This document shows positions 9,371 through 18,828 of a stretch of DNA of 64,000 bases, piece after piece. Each line of letters starts with the position of its first letter. Positions within the stretch are counted from its first letter, which is position 1. The stretch comes from a phage. Location: NCBI GenBank assembly GCA_026066175.1, contig GCA_026066175.1_4721.2, one strand, 5' to 3'. The notes under the pieces are model-generated. The model was given only the letters and a program-made list of their open reading frames with translations. It was not told the origin of the DNA and did no database searches. Both the position numbers and the translations under genes were made by a program.

Positions 9371-9379
9371 CATATGCCG

Positions 9380-10285
9380 TCAGGCTACGTATAACGTTAG
9401 ATAACCTTCAATGAGGGTGTTCATTACACTGAGTTGGAGAACGACAGCTTTACTAACATCCGTACGCACCCCGAACGGTAGCGTTTTGAAGTGCTCTGGA
9501 TCCGTAATAACTTTCGCGTTTTGTAGGTTAAGCGATCCTGGTATCGCTGACAATACCCAACGATCGTTAACCGTCAGACCAACGATCTCTTCAGAAAGTC
9601 CTAACTTCAGAGTGTTCATTTCTGCAATCAGGGCTTCTGAATGCGCATCGCCCGATGTTAACGTGTAACCATCGGTTAACGCCGTCAACACCGCATCCGA
9701 TACGAACCAGTTGTACGATACGATTGCACCTGGTAGTTTATCGCTATCCCGGTCGATGATGTAGTTAAGACCCGCCAACATGTTGTTGCGGATGAGGTTG
9801 TTCAGGTCGTTATGACCTGACGTCAACTCAACAAGCAATTGACCGATCCAGACTTGGTTACCGGGTTTCGGTGTTATTACAACCTGTATCGGCTGTTTGG
9901 ATTTGTCCAGATCAGCATCAACGATTTCGGTTTTATTCAGCAGGATGCCGTACGTTGAGGCTAAGACAGGCAATACCTCAGAAACCTTGGTCAGTGTATC
10001 TAAGGTTTCGATTTCTATCGGCCAACGATGTTGCCCACCAGACCAAATACCAAGTTTGCTAAGATCGATACGGTTGTAATAGATGTCGACGGAGTTCACG
10101 AGCCCGGAACCCGGTTGTGGGTGCACGGTTAACATACTGTTGCGTTTGTATCCCGTGCTTTCAGAAGCCTCACCGATAACCAGCTTATCCAGCGTCACAC
10201 CTCGAGCGTCGAAATCGCTATGTTTTCGAATCAGTCGGAAGAGAATCTCCTTTGATTCTAGCCCCAGGATTTCACTGTACTCCAT
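9380..10285 (-). CDS. hypothetical virion-associated protein, paralogue family A
   Basis: 301-aa ORF; shares the LPVLASTYGILL.../...VWIGQL region with 11202..12053 and 12064..12999; SD aagggg upstream. Confidence 0.65.
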   Translation of the reverse strand: MEYSEILGLESKEILFRLIRKHSDFDARGVTLDKLVIGEASESTGYKRNSMLTVHPQPGSGLVNSVDIYYNRIDLSKLGIWSGGQHRWPIEIETLDTLTKVSEVLPVLASTYGILLNKTEIVDADLDKSKQPIQVVITPKPGNQVWIGQLLVELTSGHNDLNNLIRNNMLAGLNYIIDRDSDKLPGAIVSYNWFVSDAVLTALTDGYTLTSGDAHSEALIAEMNTLKLGLSEEIVGLTVNDRWVLSAIPGSLNLQNAKVITDPEHFKTLPFGVRTDVSKAVVLQLSVMNTLIEGYLTLYVA

Positions 10286-10300
10286 TTAACACCCCTTAGG

Positions 10301-11185
10301 TTACGGTAGGATTTCTGCACCGGTTGGACCTGCCTTACGGGCTTCCAACGCACCAAGGTCGTATTTCAACGTTAATGTATCGTTGGTGGTGTAGAGGTTG
10401 TGATACGTTGAAATCAGGTCGGTAACTTGAGCTCCTACGATTTCGTTCATATCGAAGTTGGAACCCAGACCATCATCGGTGCGGACGATTTTATCGCCTG
10501 CGGAAACCATCCCAATCTCAGAGATAACGGCGTACTCCTCACCACCCTCGGTGAGTTTAGCCACATTGAGGTATTCGTTAATGTCCCACGGTGTCCAAAC
10601 CAGAGATACCTTGCAGCTGTAATCGTAATACTCACCTGTCGCCACTAAAATTCCGGTGGTCGGAATATCCGGCCGAGGCGGGTTGAGGTTCGCATCGGTG
10701 GGATGCCATTCGATGGTCTGAGCAACGCCATCAACGTATTTGGTATAACGCATGGAGCGGACAACGTTATCGAAATCGATGCGTCGACCGTAATAACAGA
10801 TATACTTTTTACCGCTTTCCAGTGTCTCAATACGACGTAACCCAAATTTAGCACGTTCGTCCGTGGTTAAATCGTTACCCACTTCACGCATTACAAACGG
10901 CTTGATCTTCCATGGTGAAAGATCGCTTGCTTCATGGGCGATCGGCATCGAGGAAGGGATACCGTTAGCGTTACGGATGAATTCATGACCCAGGTTACCG
11001 ATACAGAAGTAACGGACGGCAGGATTACCTTCAGGGTAGATCTTCGCTTGGATCTGAAGTTTTTCGTTCAGGGTGCTATGTTCTTCCCATACATGAGGAA
11101 GCCCCAACGTCAGGTTGGTTTGTACTTGACCACCGATAATCGTACGAACGATACGATCGGTAGCACGGATTTGTGTAGAAGCCAT
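10301..11185 (-). CDS. hypothetical protein
   Basis: 294-aa ORF with SD aggaaaag; no obvious similarity to its flanking paralogues. Confidence 0.65.
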   Translation of the reverse strand: MASTQIRATDRIVRTIIGGQVQTNLTLGLPHVWEEHSTLNEKLQIQAKIYPEGNPAVRYFCIGNLGHEFIRNANGIPSSMPIAHEASDLSPWKIKPFVMREVGNDLTTDERAKFGLRRIETLESGKKYICYYGRRIDFDNVVRSMRYTKYVDGVAQTIEWHPTDANLNPPRPDIPTTGILVATGEYYDYSCKVSLVWTPWDINEYLNVAKLTEGGEEYAVISEIGMVSAGDKIVRTDDGLGSNFDMNEIVGAQVTDLISTYHNLYTTNDTLTLKYDLGALEARKAGPTGAEILP

Positions 11186-11201
11186 GTCTTTTCCTATTTA
11201 A

Positions 11202-12053
11202 TCAGTTATATTGCATCAACAGGATACCGCCGTAGTTCGTGCAGTAATCTTGACTTAGTGTAACGATAACCGCATTAGCGAATGCTGGGTTAACCGGATA
11301 GCCCTGGGCGATAAGGTCGGTTGTTTTACCGGTTGCAAGCACGGTTGCCCCATACAGGTTGTTTTCGTCCTCACGACCGTTATAAACCCAAGGGGTTGGT
11401 GCAACGTTGTTGAATAAACTCACCAGTGCGCTTAAGTTACCACCAACCTTTAATCCAGCAAGATCAGAACGGATGGCTGTACAATCAATAGCGTAACTGT
11501 AAACCAATGCCTGGATACGGTTGGCTGTGTAGTACGGGAAATTGAGGCCGGTCATTACCGTGGTCCTCATCATCCCCGCAATATCGCGTGCGCTATCGAG
11601 GAGATAAAATTTAACACTCCCCGTCCAGGCTAATCCGGTTGTTTTCAATTCTACGACATGAGGGAACGGATATTCATCACCTCGAACAATCGGAGAATCA
11701 ACGCAGCTTTCCTGATCGATAACGATTCCGTAGGTTGATTGGATCAGCGGGATAAGATCGTGCGTGGTTTTAACCCCAGCATCGATTGCAAGCTTCGGCT
11801 CCATTCCCAAGAAGAAATCCTGGATTGGAATACGATCGTACCATACGTAGCTGCTTTCACGGTACTGCGCTGGTGTCACGGTTGCCGAAGGCGATACTTT
11901 AGCGCGGGTATTTCGATTATACGCGTGGTTTCCGTTTTCAGCAACATCCGTGATATCAAGTGCATCGAAGTTAAAGTCGAAGTCAGGATTGGCTACCTGA
12001 ATAAGTTCGGCGACCAGTACTTTAGGACTTTTGTTTAACAATTTCTGACTCAT
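11202..12053 (-). CDS. hypothetical virion-associated protein, paralogue family A
   Basis: 283-aa ORF; LIPLIQSTYGIVID...LAWTGSV...YCTNYGG motifs shared with the 12064..12999 product; SD aagga. Confidence 0.65.
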   Translation of the reverse strand: MSQKLLNKSPKVLVAELIQVANPDFDFNFDALDITDVAENGNHAYNRNTRAKVSPSATVTPAQYRESSYVWYDRIPIQDFFLGMEPKLAIDAGVKTTHDLIPLIQSTYGIVIDQESCVDSPIVRGDEYPFPHVVELKTTGLAWTGSVKFYLLDSARDIAGMMRTTVMTGLNFPYYTANRIQALVYSYAIDCTAIRSDLAGLKVGGNLSALVSLFNNVAPTPWVYNGREDENNLYGATVLATGKTTDLIAQGYPVNPAFANAVIVTLSQDYCTNYGGILLMQYN

Positions 12054-12063
12054 TGTTTATTCC

Positions 12064-12999
12064 TTAGCCTTGTTCTTTCGGGGAACGGCCCTGAAGGCTT
12101 GCGGTATGCCCGTCGACATTATAATAGAAAATCAACGGACCGCCAACAGCAGTACAGTAGTTTTCATCCAGACTGATTTCGATGCCGTATTGGTAACCTG
12201 CGCGAGCCGGGATACGTTCGCCTAACTCACCGTTGAAATCCACCTTCGCGTTATACAGGTTGTATGGCGCTGTGTTATCGGTTAATACCCAACGATCGGT
12301 GGTCATTTCAGCCAGAAGGTCAGCAACCATCACATCGCTAACAACGGTACCTGTTACCAGCGAAGCCAAAAGCTCACCGTACTCAGACGTATCGCGACTG
12401 TAACTGTAGATTTCACCGCTTGCACGTACACCCTGTCCAAAGAACTTAAGACCGTCCAGCTCTTTGATCGCGATGATATCATCAAGATTCGGTACACGCG
12501 ATTTCATCAGGATACGAACGCTCCCCGTCCAAGCCAGGCAACTAGATACGACGCGAAGCAACTGTCCGTTAACGGTATCCCAGTTAAGTTCATCGTTGAC
12601 GATTTCTTCAGCTGTAAGGCCAAGACCGAAACGTTCCTTGATGATAGGCCAGATATCACGCATCTTGGTGGCGTCTGGCGCATCAATAAGAATAGGCGCT
12701 ACGTTACGCAGATACGCGCCGATATTAATACGATCGTAATACAGCGTCGTCGAACCTTCATAATCGTCTAACTCAGTAAGCTTAGCGGTTGCCGTTGCCG
12801 TAATCTGGGTGTCGCGCTCGTAGGCGCTTTGGTTAGTGGTTGGTGTTCCTAAAACCAATAATTCAGGTGTCAGGACGTGTTCTCCGTTCTGAGGTGGGTT
12901 ATCGTGGTTGATAAGACCGTACACGAGATCGGATGAAGGTAAAGAGACGTCAACCGGGTAAAGTTCGGTGCCGTCAGTAGTTGTTACCGTATCACTCAC
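12064..12999 (-). CDS. hypothetical virion-associated protein, paralogue family A
   Basis: 311-aa ORF, apparently GTG-initiated with a strong SD (gaggagg 6 nt upstream); LAWTGSV and YCTAVGG motifs shared with 11202..12053. Confidence 0.6.
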   Translation of the reverse strand: MSDTVTTTDGTELYPVDVSLPSSDLVYGLINHDNPPQNGEHVLTPELLVLGTPTTNQSAYERDTQITATATAKLTELDDYEGSTTLYYDRINIGAYLRNVAPILIDAPDATKMRDIWPIIKERFGLGLTAEEIVNDELNWDTVNGQLLRVVSSCLAWTGSVRILMKSRVPNLDDIIAIKELDGLKFFGQGVRASGEIYSYSRDTSEYGELLASLVTGTVVSDVMVADLLAEMTTDRWVLTDNTAPYNLYNAKVDFNGELGERIPARAGYQYGIEISLDENYCTAVGGPLIFYYNVDGHTASLQGRSPKEQG

Positions 13000-13058
13000 G
13001 GTGGCCTCCTCGCCAGAAATTAGTTAAAAAAGAGTTTGCGATATGCTGCGCTATCACG

Positions 13059-15470
13059 TTAAGCATCCTCGGTAGGTAATGGTTTCACAATCAAACGATT
13101 GAGCGGATTCGATAGGCGCATACTGATAGGCTTATACGCAGCATGATTCGTTTCGCTCAATACAGCGGATCGGAAGCGACCTTCAACACGTTTATAGATT
13201 GGGTTTATCCAAAGACCCTGAAGACCCGGTTGACGGAAACGTTGTTCGATAGGTTTAATCGGTTTCACGGTCAAACCACGTACCGCTTCTGACGGTATAC
13301 GTTCGCTGATGTCGCGAGGTGCTCGACCTGGGAATGGAGCCAACCAGAGACCATCCAGCGGGTTCTTACGGAAACGCAACGAGATAGGATCGCTGATAAC
13401 CTGCGCCCAGTACTGCGTGCTGAACCGTACCGTCTGGGTATTCTCGTATCCGCTGCAATCGCACCAGGTGGGTTTCGGCGGGGCTTCTAAGCTCTCAACC
13501 GCGGATTCACGCCAGTTCGTCATTGGGTTGTTATCATGGACGAATTTGATAACTTCCGTAGCTTGGTTATCCGTATCGTGAACGTTTGCTTGTGCCCAGT
13601 CCTCCCACAGTTCTTCACTGCCGCTTACCAAACTTGAACCGAGCCGAACGGCAATTTTGTTCAGTGGTTTGATCGGATCGCTGTTGATTGTCTGGATAAA
13701 ATGGATGGTGTAACTGCTCAGTGTTTTAAGCAGTTGTAGCATCCCGTATTGAATATCCTTAAGACTGGTAACGTCTTCCAAGTCTTGACCGGTGGCCTTC
13801 GTGAAGATATCGAGAGCCAGAATCCCCGCTTCTTCTTGACTGATTGCGTCAAGCTCCCAATCCATCGCTAAGAACCATTCCTTGTAAAGCTGTCCAATAC
13901 CGAAATCAACCCCAACGTCCATGTAGAAGTTTTCAACGATAGCCTCAGCCATACCTCGAGCCTGGTAATGCTCCTGAAGCTGATACATGAACTGATGACG
14001 ACGCCATCCCTGATAGATTTCTGTAACGATGTTAAGAAATTCCTCAGTACTGACAATAGGACGTAATGTCACCTGTTTATCTAAACACCACCAGATCAGT
14101 TTGTCAGGAATGATAACCGGATCGGTAATGCTACGAAGATGCTCGAATGTCGGTAACGTTAAAACGCGGACGTGGTTAGCATGGATCTTAGGTACTTCAA
14201 TGAGCGTCATACCCATCGAATAGTTCAGCAAATACAAGAATAGCTTGTAGGCATCTTTCATCGACATGGTCATGGTATCACCCGTCACCGGGTTGGTGGT
14301 GGTTAACCGTGACTGATACATGCCGATGGAACTCAGATGGATCCATTCGTTGAGCAAGAAATCGTATTTCGGGTATAACTCACTGTCGGTAAGATCTTCC
14401 GCTTCACTTTCCAATACCTTGGTTGTTAAGGTATTATTGTCATGCATCGACATCTTCTCTATTGTGCGGTTAAGCTCGGTATAATACTCCGCTTCGTTAT
14501 CCCGCGCTAGAGGGAACTGTTGTTGCATTACGGTGGTGACCTTACGACGTACCGTCCCGTTACCAACGATCTCTTGAAGGTTAAGCGGTTTACGTTCCAT
14601 GTAAACAGTGGGTTTTAACGTCTGAGGTATTTCGGAAGCGTCTTGTTTGATCGAGAACGCACCGATTGGAATACCACGATCGGTGAGTACCTTCTGAATA
14701 AGCTTATCGTAGTTTTCCGTTCTACCCATGTTCCTTTCGACGTAAGCGATGTTACGATAAAACCAGAGCATTTGGGATTCTGTCATGTATCGCTTGAAAC
14801 GATCAAGGCCTTGATGGCTTGCCAGATAGCTCCAGATATGGAAGCTATGGGCATAATGGGTATGACAGTTTTCCCAACGAATACCTTTTATCATCTCAGG
14901 TATTTGTGTGAATAGAATAGCATATAACGCAGGCCAATGAAGCATATCGACGCTTTCATACGCGGGATGTTCCCAGCGCCGGAAGTAGTCGTCGATTTCT
15001 TGCTGTAATCGTGGAATAAGGTTGGCTTCGCGTGATTCAACCTCGCGGGTATCGTACCAGAGAATCTCGTGATTGCGTGCAGCAAGGGCTTTCTCGATAT
15101 CGATGGGGTTAAGGATACCCAGGATTAACATACGTTGTTCTGGGTACCGTGCAATTAGACGATTGAAATAATCTCCGCCGTACGCGTATTCCCTTGCGGT
15201 CATGCGGTGCCGTAGCATGTTTTCCTTGGTGAACTCGATCTCTTCGAGCGTATCCAGGGAATTGACGGTCATCATTGTCTGACAAGGATGATACTCGCCA
15301 GCGAGATTCATGTAGTATAACCACGTGCGTGGGTCGTCCCCGACGGCCATCTGGTAGACTTCGGAAACCTTGAGGTTTAACCGTTCTGCCGTGATGTCGC
15401 TTTTAATAATCAGGGTGTCCGTTAGACGCTGCACGCTTTCCGAATAAAGCTGATAGTCAGTGTTGGACAC
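13059..15470 (-). CDS. large hypothetical protein with C-terminal RFR/GLW short repeats (start uncertain)
   Basis: Long ORF; the track start at 15539 is a TTG with no SD, whereas the in-frame GTG at 15470 is preceded by ggagga (6-nt spacer); the first in-frame ATG is at 15350. C-terminus has repeats SLRFRKNPLDGLWLAP / EQRFRQPGLQGLWINP / EGRFRSAVL. Confidence 0.55.
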   Translation of the reverse strand: MSNTDYQLYSESVQRLTDTLIIKSDITAERLNLKVSEVYQMAVGDDPRTWLYYMNLAGEYHPCQTMMTVNSLDTLEEIEFTKENMLRHRMTAREYAYGGDYFNRLIARYPEQRMLILGILNPIDIEKALAARNHEILWYDTREVESREANLIPRLQQEIDDYFRRWEHPAYESVDMLHWPALYAILFTQIPEMIKGIRWENCHTHYAHSFHIWSYLASHQGLDRFKRYMTESQMLWFYRNIAYVERNMGRTENYDKLIQKVLTDRGIPIGAFSIKQDASEIPQTLKPTVYMERKPLNLQEIVGNGTVRRKVTTVMQQQFPLARDNEAEYYTELNRTIEKMSMHDNNTLTTKVLESEAEDLTDSELYPKYDFLLNEWIHLSSIGMYQSRLTTTNPVTGDTMTMSMKDAYKLFLYLLNYSMGMTLIEVPKIHANHVRVLTLPTFEHLRSITDPVIIPDKLIWWCLDKQVTLRPIVSTEEFLNIVTEIYQGWRRHQFMYQLQEHYQARGMAEAIVENFYMDVGVDFGIGQLYKEWFLAMDWELDAISQEEAGILALDIFTKATGQDLEDVTSLKDIQYGMLQLLKTLSSYTIHFIQTINSDPIKPLNKIAVRLGSSLVSGSEELWEDWAQANVHDTDNQATEVIKFVHDNNPMTNWRESAVESLEAPPKPTWCDCSGYENTQTVRFSTQYWAQVISDPISLRFRKNPLDGLWLAPFPGRAPRDISERIPSEAVRGLTVKPIKPIEQRFRQPGLQGLWINPIYKRVEGRFRSAVLSETNHAAYKPISMRLSNPLNRLIVKPLPTEDA

Positions 15471-15497
15471 GATCGGTCCTCCAAGGAGCCAGTGTAA

Positions 15498-18416
15498 ATG
15501 AACGATATAAATAAAGGGCGCGTCGCCCTCGAACGTCAAATGAGCAATAATGACGTTGCGAAGGCACTCATGAACAAATTTGTCGCTCCTGCTCCGCAGT
15601 CACGTCTTTATAACACACGTGAAGCGGAAGGAGCGAGCGGTCGTTTCGGGTTAGTTGTTCCCGACCAGATGACGATGAACACGGTGACGCGTGCGACCGC
15701 AACAAACGTCGAGGATAATAAAAACATCCTCGAGTTGTTCCCTGAACTTAAACGCGTGATGCAGATCTATGTTGCCGCGTTGACGAACCCTAACGATCTT
15801 AAGACGGTCGAGATGTTCATCGACAGCGAAGATTTCCCCGGCAGAGTCGCAGAAATCGTTCAGCCGATGATCGATACCATCGACACGCATTTTAAGAATA
15901 TCTATAAAATAAAGACGCTTATCCCTCGTATCATCGAAGATGTCTTCTTTATCAAGGGCAGCTATAACTTCGTTGTTCTGCCTGAAAGCACGCTCGATCG
16001 TGCTATTAACGGCAACGGCCAACTGAAACTCGAAGAATACGGATTTAAAAACAATCATTTCGCCAGCTGGGGGCTGCTGGGGAATGACAGCCGTATACGC
16101 AGTCAACATCAGTTACCGACAACGGTTTCGATGGAAGATTATTTTTCAGGCGTTAACGAAACCATCCCGTACGATCCGGTTGTCCGTATCGATAGCATCA
16201 AGTTTACCAACACGATGCTCCGTGATAAAGACGGTAAATTCATTGAAGCGAAGGTCGATATTCCGGATATGGTTACGGTTGTTGATAACCCAGACATCCT
16301 TCGCATGCCGATTTTACACCAACGTCGTGCGTCAACAGCCGTGCAACGTGCATTACGTGCAAACACCTTAGGCGGTAACGGCCTGGTGACGTTATCAGGC
16401 GATCCGACGCAAACCGCGAATCGACGTGAGCTGACACAAGAGCAAGTTAATGAGATCTGGAATAAACTAAACATCCAACGTCATACCAAGGTATCGCCTG
16501 TGTACGCACTAGCAACCCCGGATACCCTTGACCGTCAAAGCGTTGGTCATCCTGGCGTAATGCATGTACCACCTGAGTCATTAGAACCGGTTCATGCGCC
16601 TGGCGATCCAGAGAACCATATCGGTTATCTCGTCCAGCTGGATGAATTCGGTTACCCAGTACGTTTGGTTGAAGATGCTGCGTATTACAAACAGCTGGAA
16701 GGTCGACTGTCGAAGATCACGGCGGATATTGCCGGTACATCAAGCAACGGAATGGCGAGTGAGATGATCGGGGCAGCGAAGAACATGGTTCAAGGTACGT
16801 CGTGTAACCAAGTCGATATGTCAGCGTTTGTCTCGTCGTACGAATCACTGATGCAACGTTATATCGTTGAACGTATCGTTAACGGTTACCTCGGCAGTGC
16901 GGTAGAAATCGGTGCAACGTCGTCGTTCTATCTGTCGATGCTTGCCCGCAGTCTTGCTCACAAGCAAACCCGTGTTTTGTTTATTCCTCGTGAGATGGTG
17001 ACATACATCGCCTACGAATACAACAAATACGGGATTGGACGTTCCTTGCTTGAAAGTACGAAGATGATCTCATCGCAACGCGCGATGCTCATGGTTCAGG
17101 AACTGATGGCGAAAATCAAAAGTTCGTTGAACTATACGACGCTGAGCGTGATGCTCGAAGACACCGATAGAAACCCGGTTGATACCGTTGAGCAGGCATT
17201 GCACAGTTTTGCTCGTGTTTATCAATCTGGTTTCCCGTTGGGTGAAACCAACCCAATGGATATCATCAATGCATACGAACGAAGCTCGATTCGATTGAAG
17301 GTTGAAGGGAACAACCCACGCTTCCCGAAACTGAACACCGACGTTAGCGTTGAACAACGTAACTACCAATCCCCGGATGATGAGCTGATGGATCGTTACC
17401 GTCGTGATCATTTCATGGGTCTGGGTGTTTCTCCAGAGATCGTTGATACGTCCTACCAATCTGAATTCGCGGCGTCGGTGATTACGGCTAACGCGATGCA
17501 AGAGAAACAGTTCACGGTTTGTCGTGAGGTCGTCACGAATGGCTTAACTGATCACATCAAGAAGTATACGGCTTATAGTCCTGTGCTTCTGACGTCGTTA
17601 CGCAATACCGTTCGCGCGAATATGTCAAAGCTCTCTCAAGCGCAGCTGCAACAGCTCTTTGGTAGCGACTTCGAAAACGGTGTTATTCGTAACGTGAACG
17701 CGTATCAGGAGATTGATGATCGATCGGTGACAATGGATCTGGATTACACCAAACCGGAAGTCCAGGAAGTGATTGCTGACGCTTATGTCTCCATGTTCTT
17801 AAACAGCTTGCAGGTACGTTTACCGGATAGCAACGCGCGTCGCCTTGAAGATCAGGTACGTGAATATAATCAGTACAAGGAAGCGATTACAGCACAACTT
17901 GATGATTATTTAACACCGGATTATGTCATGGGTCTGGGTGGGGTCGATGAAACAACCCTGCAGATGATTCGAGCGTGCATCATTGGTACGGCGATGAGGA
18001 CATGGGCGAAAGAAAACAACTTCAATCAGGAGCTGGCCGATCTCTTTAGTCTCGACGATAAGAAGAATGCCGTCCAGGATTGGAAACGTGCATCCATGGA
18101 GCATATTGAAATCATGGGTAAATGCATGGGTGATTTCGCACTCTATATCCAAAACCTGACGAAGCAAATCGAAGAGAAGATGGGCGACCAAGCACAAGAC
18201 GGTAGCGTTTCATCTGACGGCTCATGGTCATCGGATTCCGGTTCGGATAGCGGTTCTTCCGATGATTTCGGTGGTGGTGATGACTTTGGTGGCGACGACG
18301 ATTTCGGAATGGAAGAAACCGAAGAATCCACCGAGGAAACCACTACGGAAGAAACAACCGATGAAACTGGTGATAATGCCGCATCAGAAGACGATACCGC
18401 AGGTGATATTGTCTAA
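15498..18416 (+). CDS. large hypothetical virion protein with acidic DDFGG-repeat C-terminal tail (portal-like size; function unverified)
   Basis: 972-aa ORF; SD aaggag 9 nt before ATG; C-terminus SSDDFGGGDDFGGDDDFGMEETEESTEETTTEETTDE... is low-complexity and acidic. Confidence 0.6.
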   Translation: MNDINKGRVALERQMSNNDVAKALMNKFVAPAPQSRLYNTREAEGASGRFGLVVPDQMTMNTVTRATATNVEDNKNILELFPELKRVMQIYVAALTNPNDLKTVEMFIDSEDFPGRVAEIVQPMIDTIDTHFKNIYKIKTLIPRIIEDVFFIKGSYNFVVLPESTLDRAINGNGQLKLEEYGFKNNHFASWGLLGNDSRIRSQHQLPTTVSMEDYFSGVNETIPYDPVVRIDSIKFTNTMLRDKDGKFIEAKVDIPDMVTVVDNPDILRMPILHQRRASTAVQRALRANTLGGNGLVTLSGDPTQTANRRELTQEQVNEIWNKLNIQRHTKVSPVYALATPDTLDRQSVGHPGVMHVPPESLEPVHAPGDPENHIGYLVQLDEFGYPVRLVEDAAYYKQLEGRLSKITADIAGTSSNGMASEMIGAAKNMVQGTSCNQVDMSAFVSSYESLMQRYIVERIVNGYLGSAVEIGATSSFYLSMLARSLAHKQTRVLFIPREMVTYIAYEYNKYGIGRSLLESTKMISSQRAMLMVQELMAKIKSSLNYTTLSVMLEDTDRNPVDTVEQALHSFARVYQSGFPLGETNPMDIINAYERSSIRLKVEGNNPRFPKLNTDVSVEQRNYQSPDDELMDRYRRDHFMGLGVSPEIVDTSYQSEFAASVITANAMQEKQFTVCREVVTNGLTDHIKKYTAYSPVLLTSLRNTVRANMSKLSQAQLQQLFGSDFENGVIRNVNAYQEIDDRSVTMDLDYTKPEVQEVIADAYVSMFLNSLQVRLPDSNARRLEDQVREYNQYKEAITAQLDDYLTPDYVMGLGGVDETTLQMIRACIIGTAMRTWAKENNFNQELADLFSLDDKKNAVQDWKRASMEHIEIMGKCMGDFALYIQNLTKQIEEKMGDQAQDGSVSSDGSWSSDSGSDSGSSDDFGGGDDFGGDDDFGMEETEESTEETTTEETTDETGDNAASEDDTAGDIV

Positions 18417-18451
18417 CCGTTCGTTAAAAAAAAAAAATAACACATAGTTAA

Positions 18452-18485
18452 CCTTCTCCCCAACCCGGAAGGGAAGGGGAGAAGG
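18452..18485. terminator. conserved GNRA-capped hairpin element, copy 2
   Basis: ccttctcccc-aa-ccc-ggaa-ggg-aa-ggggagaagg between convergent stops (18416 and 18503); preceded on the plus strand by an A12 run (18426-18437), which is a U-tract for the minus-strand transcript. Confidence 0.65.
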
Positions 18486-18502
18486 GCTATGCGCTATTTA
18501 AC

Positions 18503-18778
18503 TTATCTCGAGTTTAACCACGATTCAATTGTGGTGAGGTTGCTTCGCAATACGCGCCAACTAGGGTGTGGTGGGATCACAGCACCTTTGTCGATTACGG
18601 TTAGCTGAGCCTGGTACTTCTGTTTCATACGGGCTACCGTAGCGCTTACCGAAAGGAAAAGCTGGTAACGTTCGTACACCGTCAGTTCATCTTCCCGTCG
18701 AACTGCTCCTGTTGCTAACGTAATTTCGCGTAAGTCCTTTGCGTCCATCGGGACAGTAATGAGTTTATAATGACTCAT
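18503..18778 (-). CDS. small hypothetical protein
   Basis: 91-aa ORF between the hairpin element and the 18799-18820 hairpin. Confidence 0.5.
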   Translation of the reverse strand: MSHYKLITVPMDAKDLREITLATGAVRREDELTVYERYQLFLSVSATVARMKQKYQAQLTVIDKGAVIPPHPSWRVLRSNLTTIESWLNSR

Positions 18779-18798
18779 AGGGGTTTCCTTATCAACCA

Positions 18799-18820
18799 GG
18801 GTATTGCGTTAACAATACCC
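18799..18820. terminator. hairpin gggtattg-cgttaa-caataccc between genes (terminator or operator candidate)
   Basis: 8-bp perfect inverted repeat centred on a gttaac palindrome, 9 nt downstream of the stop of 18829..21420. Confidence 0.35.
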
Positions 18821-18828
18821 ATCGTCAA

